A stretch of DNA of 64,000 nt from Candidatus Danuiimicrobium aquiferis (GTDB taxonomy: Bacteria; Omnitrophota; Omnitrophia; Omnitrophales; Danuiimicrobiaceae), in NCBI GenBank assembly GCA_001804285.1, contig MHFR01000008.1:2740-66739 (forward strand), in the 5' to 3' direction. The translations under genes were made by a program, and so were the position numbers. The notes beneath the pieces are model-generated. The model was not told where the DNA came from and ran no database searches. It was given only the letters and a program-made list of their open reading frames with translations. This document shows, in pieces, positions 21,801-36,800 of the stretch; position 1 is the first letter of the stretch; the number at the start of each line of letters is the position of its first letter.

Positions 21801-24800
21801 ACGTCATCGCCCAGCGCTCCGTCCAGTCTTCCTCTGAGAGCCGCGTAACGCGCCATTTCTTCAAGAATTTTCAGAAAATCAGTCCGGCGCAATTGAGTGT
21901 CTTGACTTCCAAACCCACGCAGGGCTTTTGTAAATCCGGCGCGCGAAAGCGGAAAATAAAAGTTGGCGACATTTCCCATTTGGTAAGATTCATAATAAAG
22001 AACCGTCACCGGACCTGCGCGGGCATCCGCATACGATTGAATAAACTTCTGCACCCACGTATCGTTATGAAATCCGTCATACGGAGCCAGAATCAAATCC
22101 GGCTGAAAATTGCCAAACACTTCACCTGGCGTTTGTTTTAAATCAAAAGCAAACTTGCGGACTTTATTTTTCAATTCGGACGATTGAATGGCTTTGACAA
22201 ATTTCCCGGCCGTATGCGCCGAGCCGCCCGGTTCCAATTCAAGGAGAGCAATATTCAGATTGTGCGGCAACGGAAATTGCTGGACCCTAACGTCAATTTT
22301 CTTATTTGTTAAAATCACTCCTCCCTTCACCTCGTCAATCTTCCAATCAACGTTCTGTATTTCAGCACTACGGATTTCGGCCCTTGGCGAAACACTTTGT
22401 ACACGCCAAGGACTCTCGTTCGTTTCGATTGATGACTGATTGGAACTATCTTTATTGTTACGAACTTCGGAGCGATGCCTCAATGCATCTCCCTCAGCCA
22501 AAGGCTGATCCGCCTCTGGCGGAGAAGCAGTCCCGCGCAGTTCAGCGCGGCGCAGCTCTGCGCGGTTATGATCGCGACTTCCGCTCCCGGTATCCCGTCC
22601 CGGATAGCCGGGCTCTTGATTTTCTGTGGTTTCTGGCCCTGTCGTGCCGGGTGCCCCGGTAGTAGCTTTTTTAAGCAGCTGTCGCAATACTGAAACGGTA
22701 CTCCCGTCGCGGGGAACCAATCGGAGGGCTTCTCTCGCCTGTTGATCCATAATCCGGTCATATGCCTGCTGGGTTTTCCGCATCGTCTGGAAACCTTGGA
22801 AGTTGATGAGAGGCCTAAGCGCTGGAAGCACAAGCGCCATTCCAAAAGATGTCACGAACCATGGGAGAGAAAAAAGCAGCATTAATAGGAAACTGAGAAT
22901 CGGAATAACAATCAGAGCTGAACCCAAAAACACTTCCATTCTTAAGCTCTGCAAATACTCCCGTTTCGCATCATATCTGTTTTCTATTGCTTTTCCGATT
23001 TCATCCCCGGCAAGAAGTTCGCCGGCCTGGTCGCGACGCGCCGGATCGGAATGGACTTGAAGAACGACTTGCAAATACGCGAGTAAACTTTCCCATTCGT
23101 TCATTAAAAAGAGACGGTGGAACACATGATCAAAACCATGAGAGAAAATACTCGCAACAAAAAAGAAATATGCCGCAATCATCGACCAGAAGCCAAAAGC
23201 CACGAACGTATTTAGCGCCGGCATTAAAGGCATAATCGACCGGAACATATAATACATTCCATAAAATAGCACTCCCGTCCCAAACGCCCATTGGGTCAAT
23301 TTGGGGCTATAGGTCCGGAACCAATTGGCAATTCCCGTGAATTCATGCTCAAACCGCAAAGGCGCGCCATAATGAAAAGGGTCGGTTTCCCGCTGCGCTA
23401 AAATGTGTGACAACACATCCGGCGGCCATCCTAATTTGCCCAAACGCTCAATTTTGGTCCGCAAGGTTTTTGCATCGTCATCCTTCTTCAACCTATCGAG
23501 GACCGGCGCTTCTTCAACGATTTTTCGAACCTGAGCGGTCTTGTCTGCTTCACTGCCGGCGGATTGTATTAAATGGACTGCCCATTCACGCCACAAGATC
23601 TGACGCGCCCACAAATAGATGCCCCTCGTGGGAACAAGATCGTCCAGGTCATAACCCATCGACCGGGAATCAAATCTGACGCGGGCTTCCAGCGAAGAGC
23701 CATCGATGTCCATTGAATCGATAGGCGTCATGAGCAAGTTCTGAAGCTCCATCAAACGCTCATTTCTGTTTGTTTCGATGGGCATCGTAAACAAAACCGG
23801 ATAGGGCCAGCCGGTTTTCATTCTGGTCAAAGTTGTCGCGTGCTCAAGGCCCTGCTCGGTTGCGAGTTGCAATCCGGAGATCATCTTTAAGATCATATCT
23901 TTATGTTGGGCAAATAATTGTCTGAGCGGCGCAAGCGATGGCGAATGGTCCAAATCCGCATCGCCGGCTTCATCCCACTGAAGCGCCTCCAAAACATATT
24001 TTCTGGTTTCCGGCTCTGTCAACTCAGGGAAAATCGCGAGAAACATAACTGCAACTGCAATTTTTAAAATGTTCTTCCTTCCGCCTTCGGAATTCTTTTC
24101 GATTGCCTGAAAAGCAGCCGCCACTTGTCTATCAATCGTCTCGAGAAATATTTTATTCAAAGCGCTGCGATCATTCCTCACATGAAAAGCCATGAGCAGA
24201 AGATGAAAATAGACGTATGCATTCCTGATCTGCGGTGGAAGTTGATGCAATCCGTCGAGCATCTTCCGCCGAATGTCAGCATGCTCGTCTGAAGGCGCAA
24301 GCGCACTTACGAATAACAGAGGAAGAGATATCATGCTTTTTTCGGCCGCCGGATGATAAATCGAAAGGATGTCGTTCAGCTGATCGATTGCGTCTTGAGA
24401 AACCACATCCTGAACGAGCAAGTAATGCGCCGCTGCGAACAAAACTCCCATCGGATCATGTTCGGATAAGCCATACAGCTCAAACTGCTTCCGGAAAAGT
24501 TCGCGGTGTTGTTCGTCTAATCGAGCGGTAATGCCTCGCATCAAGTCCCTATATTGGCCTTCTGCAACCGTCTTTCCAGAGCCTGTCTTCATCACGGACT
24601 TCAGCTGTCTCAACTGTGAAACAATATCAAATGACTGTTCACTCCGCGCTTCGGAGCGGCCGTGAACCTCTGGCAATACAAGGCGAGGCATTTCGTCTGA
24701 CGTAAATACAGCAAATCCGCTTTCTTTCCCCGCCGGCGGCCGGATAGATCCTATAGATGGAAATGGCCGTAAAAATTTATCTTTCACGAGTTCTCTGGCG

Positions 24801-27800
24801 TGAAGAGATGGAATAAATCCAGTACTTAAGGGTACCGCTTGACTTTCTCTGTGTTGCAATAAGAGCGTCTCAATTAATTTCCCGGAGAGGTCATAAACCA
24901 AAAAGGCAAATCCAACATCACCGACCCGGACATCGTGACCTGCCATCGTCCGCGCGTCAACATGTTCTGGAATAATCCGGGCAATCATGAGCGTTTCGCC
25001 GATAAAATTCCGGCCAACCGGAATGTATTCTGAATCCAACCGGACATAGCCATTCTGGTTCACTCGATTTCTCGGCACCTGAACGATTGGAAGCCATGAA
25101 TCATTCCCTGCCTTCCAGCTCTTGCCCTCGAGTGCACTTTGATAGGGATCATTTCCATCTCCTTTCACCATCCGGGTAAAAAACTCTACCACCCAAACAA
25201 TTGGTGCCAGTAAAGAAATCAAAAGGATCAGATGAAGATTCTGGGAGAACGAAACAGCCCGGGCCATAAATGGCCGCTTCTTGTAGAATTTGAGTTCGGG
25301 CTTTAAGAATTGTTTTATTGCTTCTCGGTTTCCCTCTCTCGTCCTTCCCGGTACCGGCTGGAAAATACGAAAAGCCTCCGATTTAGCCGGCAGAAAATGC
25401 TCATCCGTTCTTTCGTAGGATGGATCCATGTCATACTCGCGCTGGGCGACAGCGAGCAACCGGCTGTAATCAAAGGCCCCCTCACGATCGGATGGAAACA
25501 CATACCAGCGCTCCACATTATCCGCGTTGGTGCGGTCATATACGATATAGACATCGTCCAGCCCGGCAACGCCCGTCGCCAGATCAATCCATCGAATCCT
25601 TTTATTTTTCCTAAGCTCACCAAAAGAATAACTTGCTTCGTTCGAACCCGGCATTGCCGCCGATAAAGGAAACATCCAAATCAACGGAACCGATTTGTCA
25701 GCCTTCGTAACGGGAACTTTATAATAAAAATGATCCGCATTTCCATCAATCACGCCTCGCTTGAGCGAAATAAGTTTAATCTCCAAGTCATCCGGCCTGC
25801 GCTCAGAGGATGCGCCCGCACGACTAGTCCGCGCCTCGGCCCTGCGGATGTCATTGCGAGCCAAAGGCGAAGTTCGCCAAAAGGCTCGGCGGAATCCGTC
25901 AGGACGAATCTCGCCGGATTTATGGCGGACAATCCCAGAACTTTGGATTGCCGCGGCACCTCCTTGTACGTCACCTCGCAATGACTTGCCTTTTATGTTA
26001 CGAACTTCGGAGCGGCGGTAAGGCGGGGTTTCTTTAAAGTACACATCTTCCCACAGCCCATGCAATCGTTCCTTTAATCGATCAATACTTGCCTCGACCG
26101 CTTCCGGCAATTCCAGAGCTCTTTCTTCCACTTCCGCTGCGTTTTGCCATCGTTCCAGGTAATCCGCAATGGCAGAGATGAAATGCACACCGAAGTACTC
26201 CACAATGCTCCGTTCTCTCAAAATGTTTTCTTTATTAGGCGCAATCTTCCGCGGCTCCAGGTTTTCAATGACCCGCCTCGCGGTACTTAGAAAAACAAGA
26301 GCCTTGGGTTTCATTGCAATCAGACTGTCTGTTGAGGCTGCGCGCCGCATGTCGGCCACAAGTAATCTTAAATATTTGCCCGGATCTCCGAATTTTCCCC
26401 ACTGGATACGGTGCTCTGCGAGCAATTTCCCGCTTGATCGCGCAAAACCTTGATTCCTCAGTAATGGCTCCAGCATCAAACTTAAGCTTTGCACGTTTGC
26501 AAACGTTATCTCGTCCAATTGATCTACCCACTCAAATCTTCGCGCTAATTCTTTTTCTTCTGCAACGGCGCGACCGCTTTCCTCATCGTTAAAACCACTA
26601 AACCGGCGGTCGTAAGGACTTGGAATCCCTATCCCTTCATGCAGATGAGCCGGTGTCCGGACTGGCACCTTTTCACCGGACTTTGGCACGTGGGCTTTTT
26701 CTCTTTTTCTGCGCTTTATGCGTTTTTCGCCCTTCGCAACCATTTCAAAACGAGCCCGTCGTCCGGAAACTCTCGTTCGCAACATTTGCACAGCCTTTCC
26801 ATAAATATCCGCGAGATCTTCGGGGACATCTTCCTCCTTTTCCTCCAATTGAGGAACAATAATGGCATCCAAATAACTTTGCACCTCCGCCAGCGGACAG
26901 TTTAAGGCCCGGAAACCTTCCTCAATTTGCTCATGCAAATCTTCCGGCATCCCTTGACTCAGCATTTCCGTTAATACCCGTTCTTGTTCATAGGTCAAAT
27001 ACGTCACACCAATTTGCTGCTCAATTCTCGTTTCTAAATCGGAAACTTCAGTCAGATACATTGCCACTTCTGCCGCCCGCTTCATCTCTTCGGTCGTACC
27101 AATTTGTTGTTCGATCGCCTGTTTAACAACTTCGCGTATCATGGTCGTCCGCAGAAGATCTGCGAAATCCTTTTCGGTTGGCACATGTTCGGCAAGCGTC
27201 CGCCTCAAACCCTGCATGGCTGCACCCATTAAAATCGCCGCGGGCTGACGGGGCTTCGAACTGGGGGGAAACGCTAAACTGCGTATAAAAATATCCGAAA
27301 CTTTAAGCACCAGCGACAAATACTCATCGACAAATTCCTCCGGCATGTAATACCGCATCAATTCGGGATGCTGAGGAAGAATCTCTCTCCGCTTAAACCC
27401 GCCTCGTCGTAGCTTCAGTTTCGGATGATTAAAAACGCTCATCAAAATTTTGACATAGCTTCTCCCGAATAGATACGCAGTCGGCCCTCTGATCGCACCG
27501 TCCATCCCTAAGATTGAAAAATCAACCGATCTCATCCGGTAAATGTTGCTTCGCAAATTCTCAATCTGTTTTTCTGTCAGGCTGTCAATATCGGCGTACC
27601 GCGCCATTAACCGCGGACGTTTTCGTGTCAGTTGAAATCGGACGGATTCAAGAATCTGTTTTTCGGCAGTTTTCCCTTCAGAAGCCGTCCAAACGAGGCC
27701 AAATCCCAAACGGGTTAACTTCAATTTCGGAAAAGCGGCAATCAGAGTGTCTATGTAACTCCCGTTAAAATGGGGAACCACTTCCTTGCTTAAGACGGCT

Positions 27801-30800
27801 CTTCTCTCCCAAAGCTCAAAATGGCCATGTTGTAATTTATAAATCTCCTCGCTTAAACTTTCGATCTGTTCCGGTGTGGGAGAGTCTCCAAGCTCTAAAT
27901 ACTTTTTCCAAAGATGAGGTGCGTGGCGGGCAATCGCCTGCTGAACGGATTTAACCGAACTTTCGTACGTTGACCAATCCGGTTCAAATCCTAAAGGACT
28001 CAGGTTTAATTTCGGGAAAAGGTTAATCAGCACTTCCGCGAAACCGCCTTTAAACCATTGATTGGTCCCGTAAACAAGCCCCATTGCATTCCAGAGATCC
28101 CGATTGATGTCATAAACTTCGTTTTTTAACAACTCGACACTTTCGGGAATTAATTGGTCGATCTGATCATAACGATCCATTACGCTTGTCATGTCTTTTC
28201 TCAAGCGATAACGGATGGTTTCCAAAGTACCTTCCTTAGATGACCAATCGGGCTGGAATTCGAGCGGATTGAGATGTAATTGTTTGAAAAGAGCCTCAAG
28301 CGCCAACGCATACCGGCCCTCGTACCAGCGATTCGTCCCATGCGACAATCCCCAATAATCCCAAAGATGTGAATTAATTTCATAAATTTCCCGTTTCAAA
28401 GTTGCGATTCTCTCCGGCGAAAGCCGCTTGAAATTGTCGTAGTCCCTAATTAAATGCGGCTCCTTTTTCGCAATAACATAACGAAACGATTTTAGCGTCC
28501 TCGCTTTCGTCGACATATCCAGCTCAAATTCCAAAGGATTGAGTTTCAGTTTCGGAAAAGCAAGGAATAGCGCGTTAACGTAACTTCCCTCAAACCAGGG
28601 AACCGTCTCACGGTTCCCAATGCCCTCAAGCCCCAATAAAAGGAAGTGAGCATTCCTGATTTTGTAAAACTTTCTCCTGAGTATCTCCACGGCATCCGTC
28701 GAAAGCTGATCGATATTTTCATAATCGCGAAGCAACTTAGGATGATGGCGGCGAAACGCATCGACCACATTGGCAATGGCCAAATCCCGGTTTGGTTTCC
28801 TTTCTTCCAAGGGGTGATACGGCGGCTTCAGATGCTCTTTTTTATAACGATCACGGTCTGCCTGATTCAAATTCAAGCGCGGATGGTCAAAAAGAAGCCG
28901 GGCTGCCGGGAAAGCATGCCCGCCCGAATAGTCCTGAGTCAGAGCTCCCTGAAGTCCCCACGCTACAAAATGCCGATTCGTCAGTGCATAAATACGATTC
29001 CTCAATTCTTCAATCTCCGCCTCACCCAATTTTTCAATTCTGTCGAAAAGAGCGATTAATTGAGGAGCTTCTTTTTTCAGAGCGTAATAGAGCGAAACGC
29101 GAGCGTTCTTTTCATCAGACCAATCCAATAAGAATCCGAGCGGGTTGAGATTGAGTTTGGGAAACACGGCTTGAAGGGCTTTGACGGGATCCCCGTCAAA
29201 CCACCGCTTCGTTCCGGTCATCAGCTTCCAAACCTCCCAAATTTTTCCCGTCAACCGGTAAATGTCTTCGCTCAAATTCTCTATTTCGGCCGGACTCAAA
29301 CGGTCGATGCGTTCATATGTCCGCATCCAATGCGGTTTCTCCCGCCAAAGCACCTGTCGCATCGATTCAAGCGTTGCTTCTCTGGACGATATATCCAATC
29401 CCGATTTGCTACGCACCGCGGCTGACTCGAATTCCTTTTTTGTAAGCTTGATTTGGGGAAACAACTCGCGCAAAGCCACGGTATGGTCGCTGCCAAACCA
29501 GCGGTCGGATCCTTCCGCAAGTCCCCACAATTGCCAAACTCGCGGTTTGATTTCATAAATCTCTTGTGCCAACGCCTCGCGTTCGGCGGCACCCAATTGG
29601 TCCCAACGGCTGTAAGTTTCGATCAGATGAGGTTTCTCCACCATGATCTGGTACCGAAAAGATTCCAGCGCCATTTCCTTCGTTGAAAAATCTAAACCAA
29701 AACCGAGCGGGTTAAGCTTGAGTTTCGGGAAAATATCTGTCAACGCCTTTACAAAACTCCCCTCATAAAAGGGAACCAATTCCCGGTTTTCGACAAAACC
29801 AATGCCCCACAAAGTGAAATGCACTTTTCTTAACCGGTAGAATTTATTTCTTAACAAAGTCGCTTCAGCGGGCGAGAGGCGATCAATCTTTTCATAATCC
29901 TCAAGCAAATCAGGGCGGAATTCCTTCATCGCTTCAATAACAGCACCGGTCACAGCCTCTCGGCTTGGCGGCTCCGCTTTAGACCATTCATACTCCCCCA
30001 ACGGATGCTCTTTTCTGTATCTCTCATAACCTTCCCGAGTCAGCTTCAATCTGGGATCACCAAAGAAAAATTTTAAGGATAGGAACGTACTCCCTTTGAT
30101 ATAGTCCCGATGCAAAATACCGGAGGAGCCCCATAATTCGATGTGCCCCCTCGTAATGGCGTAAATTCGATCACGCAAATCGCCGATCTGATCCTCTCCG
30201 AGCTTATCGATTCGGTCATAATCCCGAATGATATCCGGAATTTCCCGTTCAAAAACAAAACGCATAGACCTCGTTGCCTCTTCGCGGGTATCCCACGTCA
30301 GGCCAAACTCCAGAGGATTAAATTCCAATTTTGAAAAAAACGCGATCAAGGCTTGAATATGACTTCTATCGAACCACCGGTCAATCCCGCCGCCCAATCC
30401 CCAAATTCTGAGGAGAGCGCTTTCCAGTTCACAAATTCGCTCCCGCAAGTCTTGTTTCTGTCCCTCTTTTAAATTTACAATGTTGTCATAATCTTTCATT
30501 AGCTCGGGCATTTCACGCTCAAACACATAGCGAAAGTATTCAAACGTCTTCGCCTTTGTACTGATATCCGATTCAAAATCATAAGGGCCGAATTTAATCT
30601 TCGGAAATAATTTGATCAACGGATCAAAGTACCGCTTAAAATGAAACGGCCGGTGAGCATCTGAAATCGCTCCCAAACCCCACGACTTCATGTGCTTATG
30701 CATAATTTGCGTAATGTCGTGCCTTAACTCTTCTTTTCCTTCCGCGGTTAATGCCTCGTAATGTTCATAGCGATGGATGATGGACGGCCGTTTGACGGAT

Positions 30801-33800
30801 AAGATAAAATGTAAGGACGCTAATGCCTGCTTTTCGTTCGACAAATCTAAACCGAACCCCAATGGATTCAAGTCGATATCGTCAAACACCGCCATGAGCG
30901 CGACGGCCGGATCCATGTTGAAATACTTCTTCCGCCGCGGAAGAAGCGCATTCGCCAAACCCAAAACTTTGAAATGGCCAACTCCCGCTGTCCCTTTGCC
31001 GATTTTGTAAATCTCCTGCCTGACCGCTTCTCGTTCCGCTTCCGAAAGCTGTTTCCTCCGCTGATATTGCTTCATTAAAAGCGGAAACTCACGTTCAAGC
31101 CGGTGCCGAATCGACCGGCTCGCCTTGGTACGCGTTGTCCAATCTGGTTTGAAGCCATACGGGCTGAGGTGCAATTTCGGAAACGCCGTTATTAATGCTT
31201 TCTTATAATTTCCTTCAAGTGCCGGAACAGCTTTGCGTTGAACAAATGAGGTCAGCGGGGGTTTTCTGAAATAGTCTGAGCTAATGTCATAAATTTCATT
31301 TTTAAGACTCGCTATTGCTTCCTCATTCTCCAGTTGATCAAGGCGCTCATACCGTTCGACCATATCGGGAAATACCTGAGACAATGCGAAGCGGAGAGAT
31401 TCTTCAAGTTGATTTTCCAAATCCAAATGAAAACCAAGCGGATTCAGCTTCAGGTCGGAGAAAACAGCCATTAACACCTTTGCGTACTTGCCGTCAAAAT
31501 AAGAAACGGTGTTCTTATTGAGAACACCCGCAAGCCCCCAAACGCCAAAATGTTCGCTGTTAATTTTATAAATGTCGTCTTTTAATTCCCTCAGCTCATC
31601 TTCGGTTAATTCTCCGCGACGGTCATACCGTTCCATGATCGTTGGAATTTTTCGCCGCAATCTAAACTGGATTGCTTCCATCGTTTCTTCATACGATAAA
31701 TTAGGGCCAAAACCGACCGCATAGAAACCGAGCGGATTAAGTTTTAGATCGGGAAACGCCGCGACCAGCGCACTCTTGTGGGAACCTTCAAAGTACGGTG
31801 CTTTATCGACCAGGAGGGCTTGCTGCATCCCGGGCCAGCTTTCGAATTCCTGGCGCTGGATTTCGTAAATGTCATCTTCCAAAATCATCCTTTGATACGG
31901 TGTCAGTAGATTCAGTTTTTTGTAACGTTTCATAATATCCGGTCTCACCCGTTCAATGGCATGCTGGACATTCTTAATTCCCTGCGCCATTGTCGTTCCC
32001 AACCACTGATACGGTTGAGTCTGTCCACCTTTTGTCCTTTTATATTTTTCCCCCCGCACCTCGGAGCGATGCCTCAATGCATCGCCCGAAGCAGTCTCGG
32101 ATTTAACCGAAATCCGAGGCAGCTCGGCCCTCGATACACGCCTTTTGAAACGTATCGAGGACTCTCGTGCGCTTTCTATTGATAAACGCTTTAAACTATC
32201 TTCATCGTTGCGCACCTCGGAGCGGGCCGGACGTTTGGATTTTTTATCCGCAGCCGTTTTTTCGGCTTGTCTCACCCGAACGGCACGGCGGCGATGGAAT
32301 TCCAAAGCCACCGTCAAACCTGCAAAGGTAGCCACCCCAAAACCGACACCTGTCACAATCCGGCCCCACGAACGCCCGCATTTTTTTTCAGGCGGAGCAA
32401 TTCGTTCAAATTCGCCCCTCACCCAATCCGGTTGGCTTTCCAAATGATCACCGACCAAAGTTTCCAAAATTTCCGCGTTTGGTTTGCGCCGTTCTTCATC
32501 CGCTGTGTAATTGGGTGAGTTGGCAATATCAACCGCTTTGATTTGATTCCCAAATCGATCGGAAAACTTACCGATCTGCCCGATCAGTTGCGCATGCCGC
32601 GCCTCTTCTTGTGGCGATCGGTTAACAAGATAATGCGGCTGATTTCCTGTCGGCACATGAAGATTATTGGGTTCTACTGTGCCGGCAAAATCAGCATCCG
32701 CTGTGAGATAAATCTGCGCATCGCCAATCACTTTTGCAATGGCATCCAAATTGTCCGGATCCAAAATGTGGAGTGTGACCTTTCTTATATCCGCAAGCTC
32801 AATGGTATCGAGTTCCGATCCCGTAGGAGGGTTCTTATCCGGATTGGGTTTTATCAAAATTTTACCTTGTGCGGAACGTCCGATCTCTACGTAATAGTCT
32901 CTGTAAGAATAACGATACTTTTTGCTCGCCGTTATGAATGCCTCTTTTGGGACAACCCAGGCAATTTCTATCGGCTGATTTCCATCATCAAGAGTTCCGT
33001 GAGCAATAAGTAACCGTAGCCATTCGCCTTCGTCGATGTTGCTTGCCGTAACAATATCCAATTCGTCATTGTCCTTAACTCTTTCCAAACGCTCCTCAAT
33101 CCCGGCCATTTCCGTTCTTGGTGCATCCAGATTCGCCATATCATTATGAGCGTCCCAGGTGACCACTATTTTTTTCCGGCCCGGCTGAAAGATTTTTGGA
33201 TTTTTAAAATCTCTGGCCATATGCGCAAAACTCATATTATGCCCTTGGGCATACCGAATGGGAGCACCTGCTTTCGTTCTGGCCGGTTGCTGAAACAATT
33301 GATTATGAATTTCAAGTTCTTTGAAGATGGGGGCCGCTTGCACCTGCCATCTTAAATATTGACTCATTTCCGAATTCAGATCGACATGCGGCCCAGGCGT
33401 CCCGAACGGCTGAAACCAGGTTTGAAATTTTCCGTACATATACCACACCAACAATTCATTTCTCCACGCACCTTGCTCATCGCGAATGAAAGTTACTGAT
33501 TTGTGCATTTGCTTGAAAACGGTAAAATAGGTTTTAAGAAACTCGTTTTTTGAAACCGCTGGTTCCAAAGCCTGGTGCAAATCTGTTTCATATAAAAACT
33601 TGACCGCCCCATACCAGTCACTCATATCAAGCGCGTGAACAAAATTCTTCCAATGGATGTACTCGCTATGGCCCTCTCCGATTTGAACGCCCCCGGCACG
33701 AACCAACGATTCAATAAATTGGCCAATCGGTTTTCTTTCTTGGCGCATCCGCTCTCCGTAAGATTTGTGCTCTTCAGTAAGCTCCTCCGCGCTTTTCAAC

Positions 33801-36800
33801 ATATGTTCCTTCCCCCGCATGAACGAAAAGTACACGATGGGAGAAAAAATCATTGCTGCCGCGGCGGCCAGCGCACCAAGTAATCCTCTGCGAGAAATTC
33901 CTGTTTTAAACGAATAGGCGATTGCTTCCTGCTCTTCACGCTTCAATCCTTTTATGCTTGTCCCCTGCAAAGCCATTTCGAATTGTTGCCGAGTTTTGAA
34001 AGGACGCTTCGCGAGAATCCACTGAGCCAATCGATCTTTCACTGATTGATCCAACAAATTTAATTGAGGGATGGCATCCACGTACCGCCGAAGCAGTTCC
34101 GGCTTCATTAGATTCACATTCGGTTTTTTAACTCGCCCAGTGCCTTCTGAAACTTGCTTTTCTTCCCCTTGCCGAACTTCGGACATCGCAACGGTTGGTT
34201 GCGAAAAAGTTGTCGCCTCAGCCAAAGGCTGATCCGCCCCTGGCGGAGAAGCAGTCCTTAACTCCGCTCGAGGTAAGGGCACTTCGGCCCTGGCAGCGGC
34301 AGTCTTTTGCTCGCGCCACAACTGCCAGGACACTTCGGCCCTTGGCAAAACACTTTGCCCACGCCAAGAACTCTCGTCCGTCGCAATTGATAACTGGTTG
34401 GAACTACCTTTATGGTTACGTACTTCGGAGCGGAAGAAGCGGTTGCTCCATGTCTGCGTTCGAGCCTCCTTGGGCTGTGTCATCCACTGCCAGGTCCTAC
34501 GAATTCCTTCCGCCGGCGTTACAAAATCATTTGGATCGAGACCAAGAATTGCCTTCATACGTCTCGTATCCATAAGCAAGCGAGGAATTTCTTTTGATGC
34601 AGTATCGAGGATGAGCGCGGCATCAGAACCCGAAGCATCAATAATCGCCTGCGCAACTTCTTTGTCCGAATAGCGCCTTCGCGCGCCGACATTGATTACT
34701 CTCTGATCTCTCAACTGATCCAAAGACGAAACAGCTGCGCGTACAAATGCACGTGCAACATCATCAACGTACGTTAGATTCTTTCTAACCGGTGAATATT
34801 TCAGCTCTGCCGCGCCATGGGCAACTTGATAAAGATACCGATGAACTAAACGGCGGTTCAAATCCGTTCTTGCGGAATCATAGGCTGGTCCGTAAACATT
34901 GCCAAGACGAAGCGAAACACCATTTTCATATTGATTAATGATTCTTTCGCAAATGCTCTTGGCGAGGGCATCCAACTTGGTTGCGTACTTTCCTGGCGGA
35001 GGGCGCGTGCTGAGAAAATCGCGTATTTCCTCCAATGTTTTCTTCTGATCCGCAGCAGAGGAAAGTCCAATAAAAAACTGAACCATTGTCTGAACCCAAG
35101 TTTCAAGTTTGGGTTCTAACTTTAATCCAGTTTCCTTAAGCAAACGTTTCCCTTTTAAATCCATAAGATCATACACGCGCATAGTGGAAGCAAAAACGAT
35201 ACGAGGCTTATGCGAGCTTTCCTGCGCTGTTTTGACAAAAATTGCCGCGGGGAGAACATTCCTATACATAAACTCGGAAATGTCCGCATCTTTCGCGCCC
35301 GCAGCGCCCCACATGGCCAAATGGAAAATGACGTCATTTTGATTCACCAACGCCCGCTGTAAATGAATGTCTGGGAGAGTCCCGACCTCAATTCCGGCCT
35401 TATCCTGATAATCAAAGCGATAGCCACTGAATGGTGCAAACTCTTCCTTTAACAGAACAGGCGTGGTTCGCTTCGCCATCGGCAATACCATATCCATCAA
35501 TACCGAACCAATGTTTCCTCCTGCGCCGGTGATCACAACTTTCTTATCGCGCAGCTCGGACATCGCAACGGTTGGTTGCGATGCCGAAGCAGTCCTTAAC
35601 TCCGCTCGAGTTAAGGGCACTTCGGCCCGTTTAAAACTTTCCATTGATAACTGGTTGGGACTACTTTTATTGAGGCGAACTTCGGCACGCATAACGGTTT
35701 CTCGTTTCAGTAGCCGCTGAACACCTTCGGCCAGCATAATAGATTTAATCAGCATACCGGCCGAAGAAATAACCGGGAACCCGTAACGCTCTGAAGCCAA
35801 CAGTATCCGATTGATTTTGGGAAACATACTTTCGCCACGGCGATGAAAACGCAAAATAGACGCTATCTCGGCTTTAAGACCAATCACGTCAGGATGAGAA
35901 GTCTCCGTGTCAACGGCATACCTTTCAACAAAAGCAAATATATCCCGAACGATATCGGTATAGGGTGTACGGATAATGAAACCATCCGCTTCTGCGGTAT
36001 AAACCATCCGGTCAACCATCAGGTAAGGCTGTTTATATTGCCATTTCGCTGGAGGATTCGACAATAAAGAAGTAATATCTGCTTTAAGTTTCTCTTCATT
36101 ATAATTTGAAGCGGTTTCTCCATGTTTCGTAAGCTCACCAACAATATCGTCAACCACTTCTGTTGTCTCTTTATTCTCGAGCTCCTTGAGAATCGCATTG
36201 ACCGCTTCATCAAAATCTTTGGTGCTGTCATAAGTTTCTCCCTGTAGCACCATCTTCACAAAATCTGATTTGAGGTCAAATGCTGTTTTGTCTGTTTGAG
36301 TGTCAGCCCATTGCACGAGGTTGATTAATCGCGAATTAAATTTCGGATTGGATGCGGATTTTTCAATTAAAAATTCAGAAAACTTATCACGCACTAACGC
36401 CTTTTGTTGATCATTAGAGGAATAGCGTCTGCTCCTCGATCGATACCAATCGGTTTGCCTATACTGGTCTATAAATTCTTTGAAAGCAGTCTCAATAAAA
36501 ACGATAAGCGCTTCATCGTCATCCGTCAACTGAGGCTTTTTAGTTTGAGCGTGAGATTCTCCTGCGGATTTCTGTATAAAATTCGGATCACGCTTATCAA
36601 CCCATGGGAAATAGAACCTAAATAAGAAAAATCGTAAAATCTTCACAACGAACGGAATCGACAGCAGGCAACCAACGAGCCACAAGCCAAAACGAGAAAG
36701 TGGCTTTTTCCCATGCTGGAGGATTCTGACGCCAACGCTCACCAAATCCCGCCTCAGACTACCCGATAAATATCCAACTTGCCCAAAGTCAAAAAGTGAA

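Noticed and set aside
35549-35690. Three-hairpin linker as a hammerhead ribozyme
   Set aside because: I could not find the CUGANGA/GAAA core on either strand
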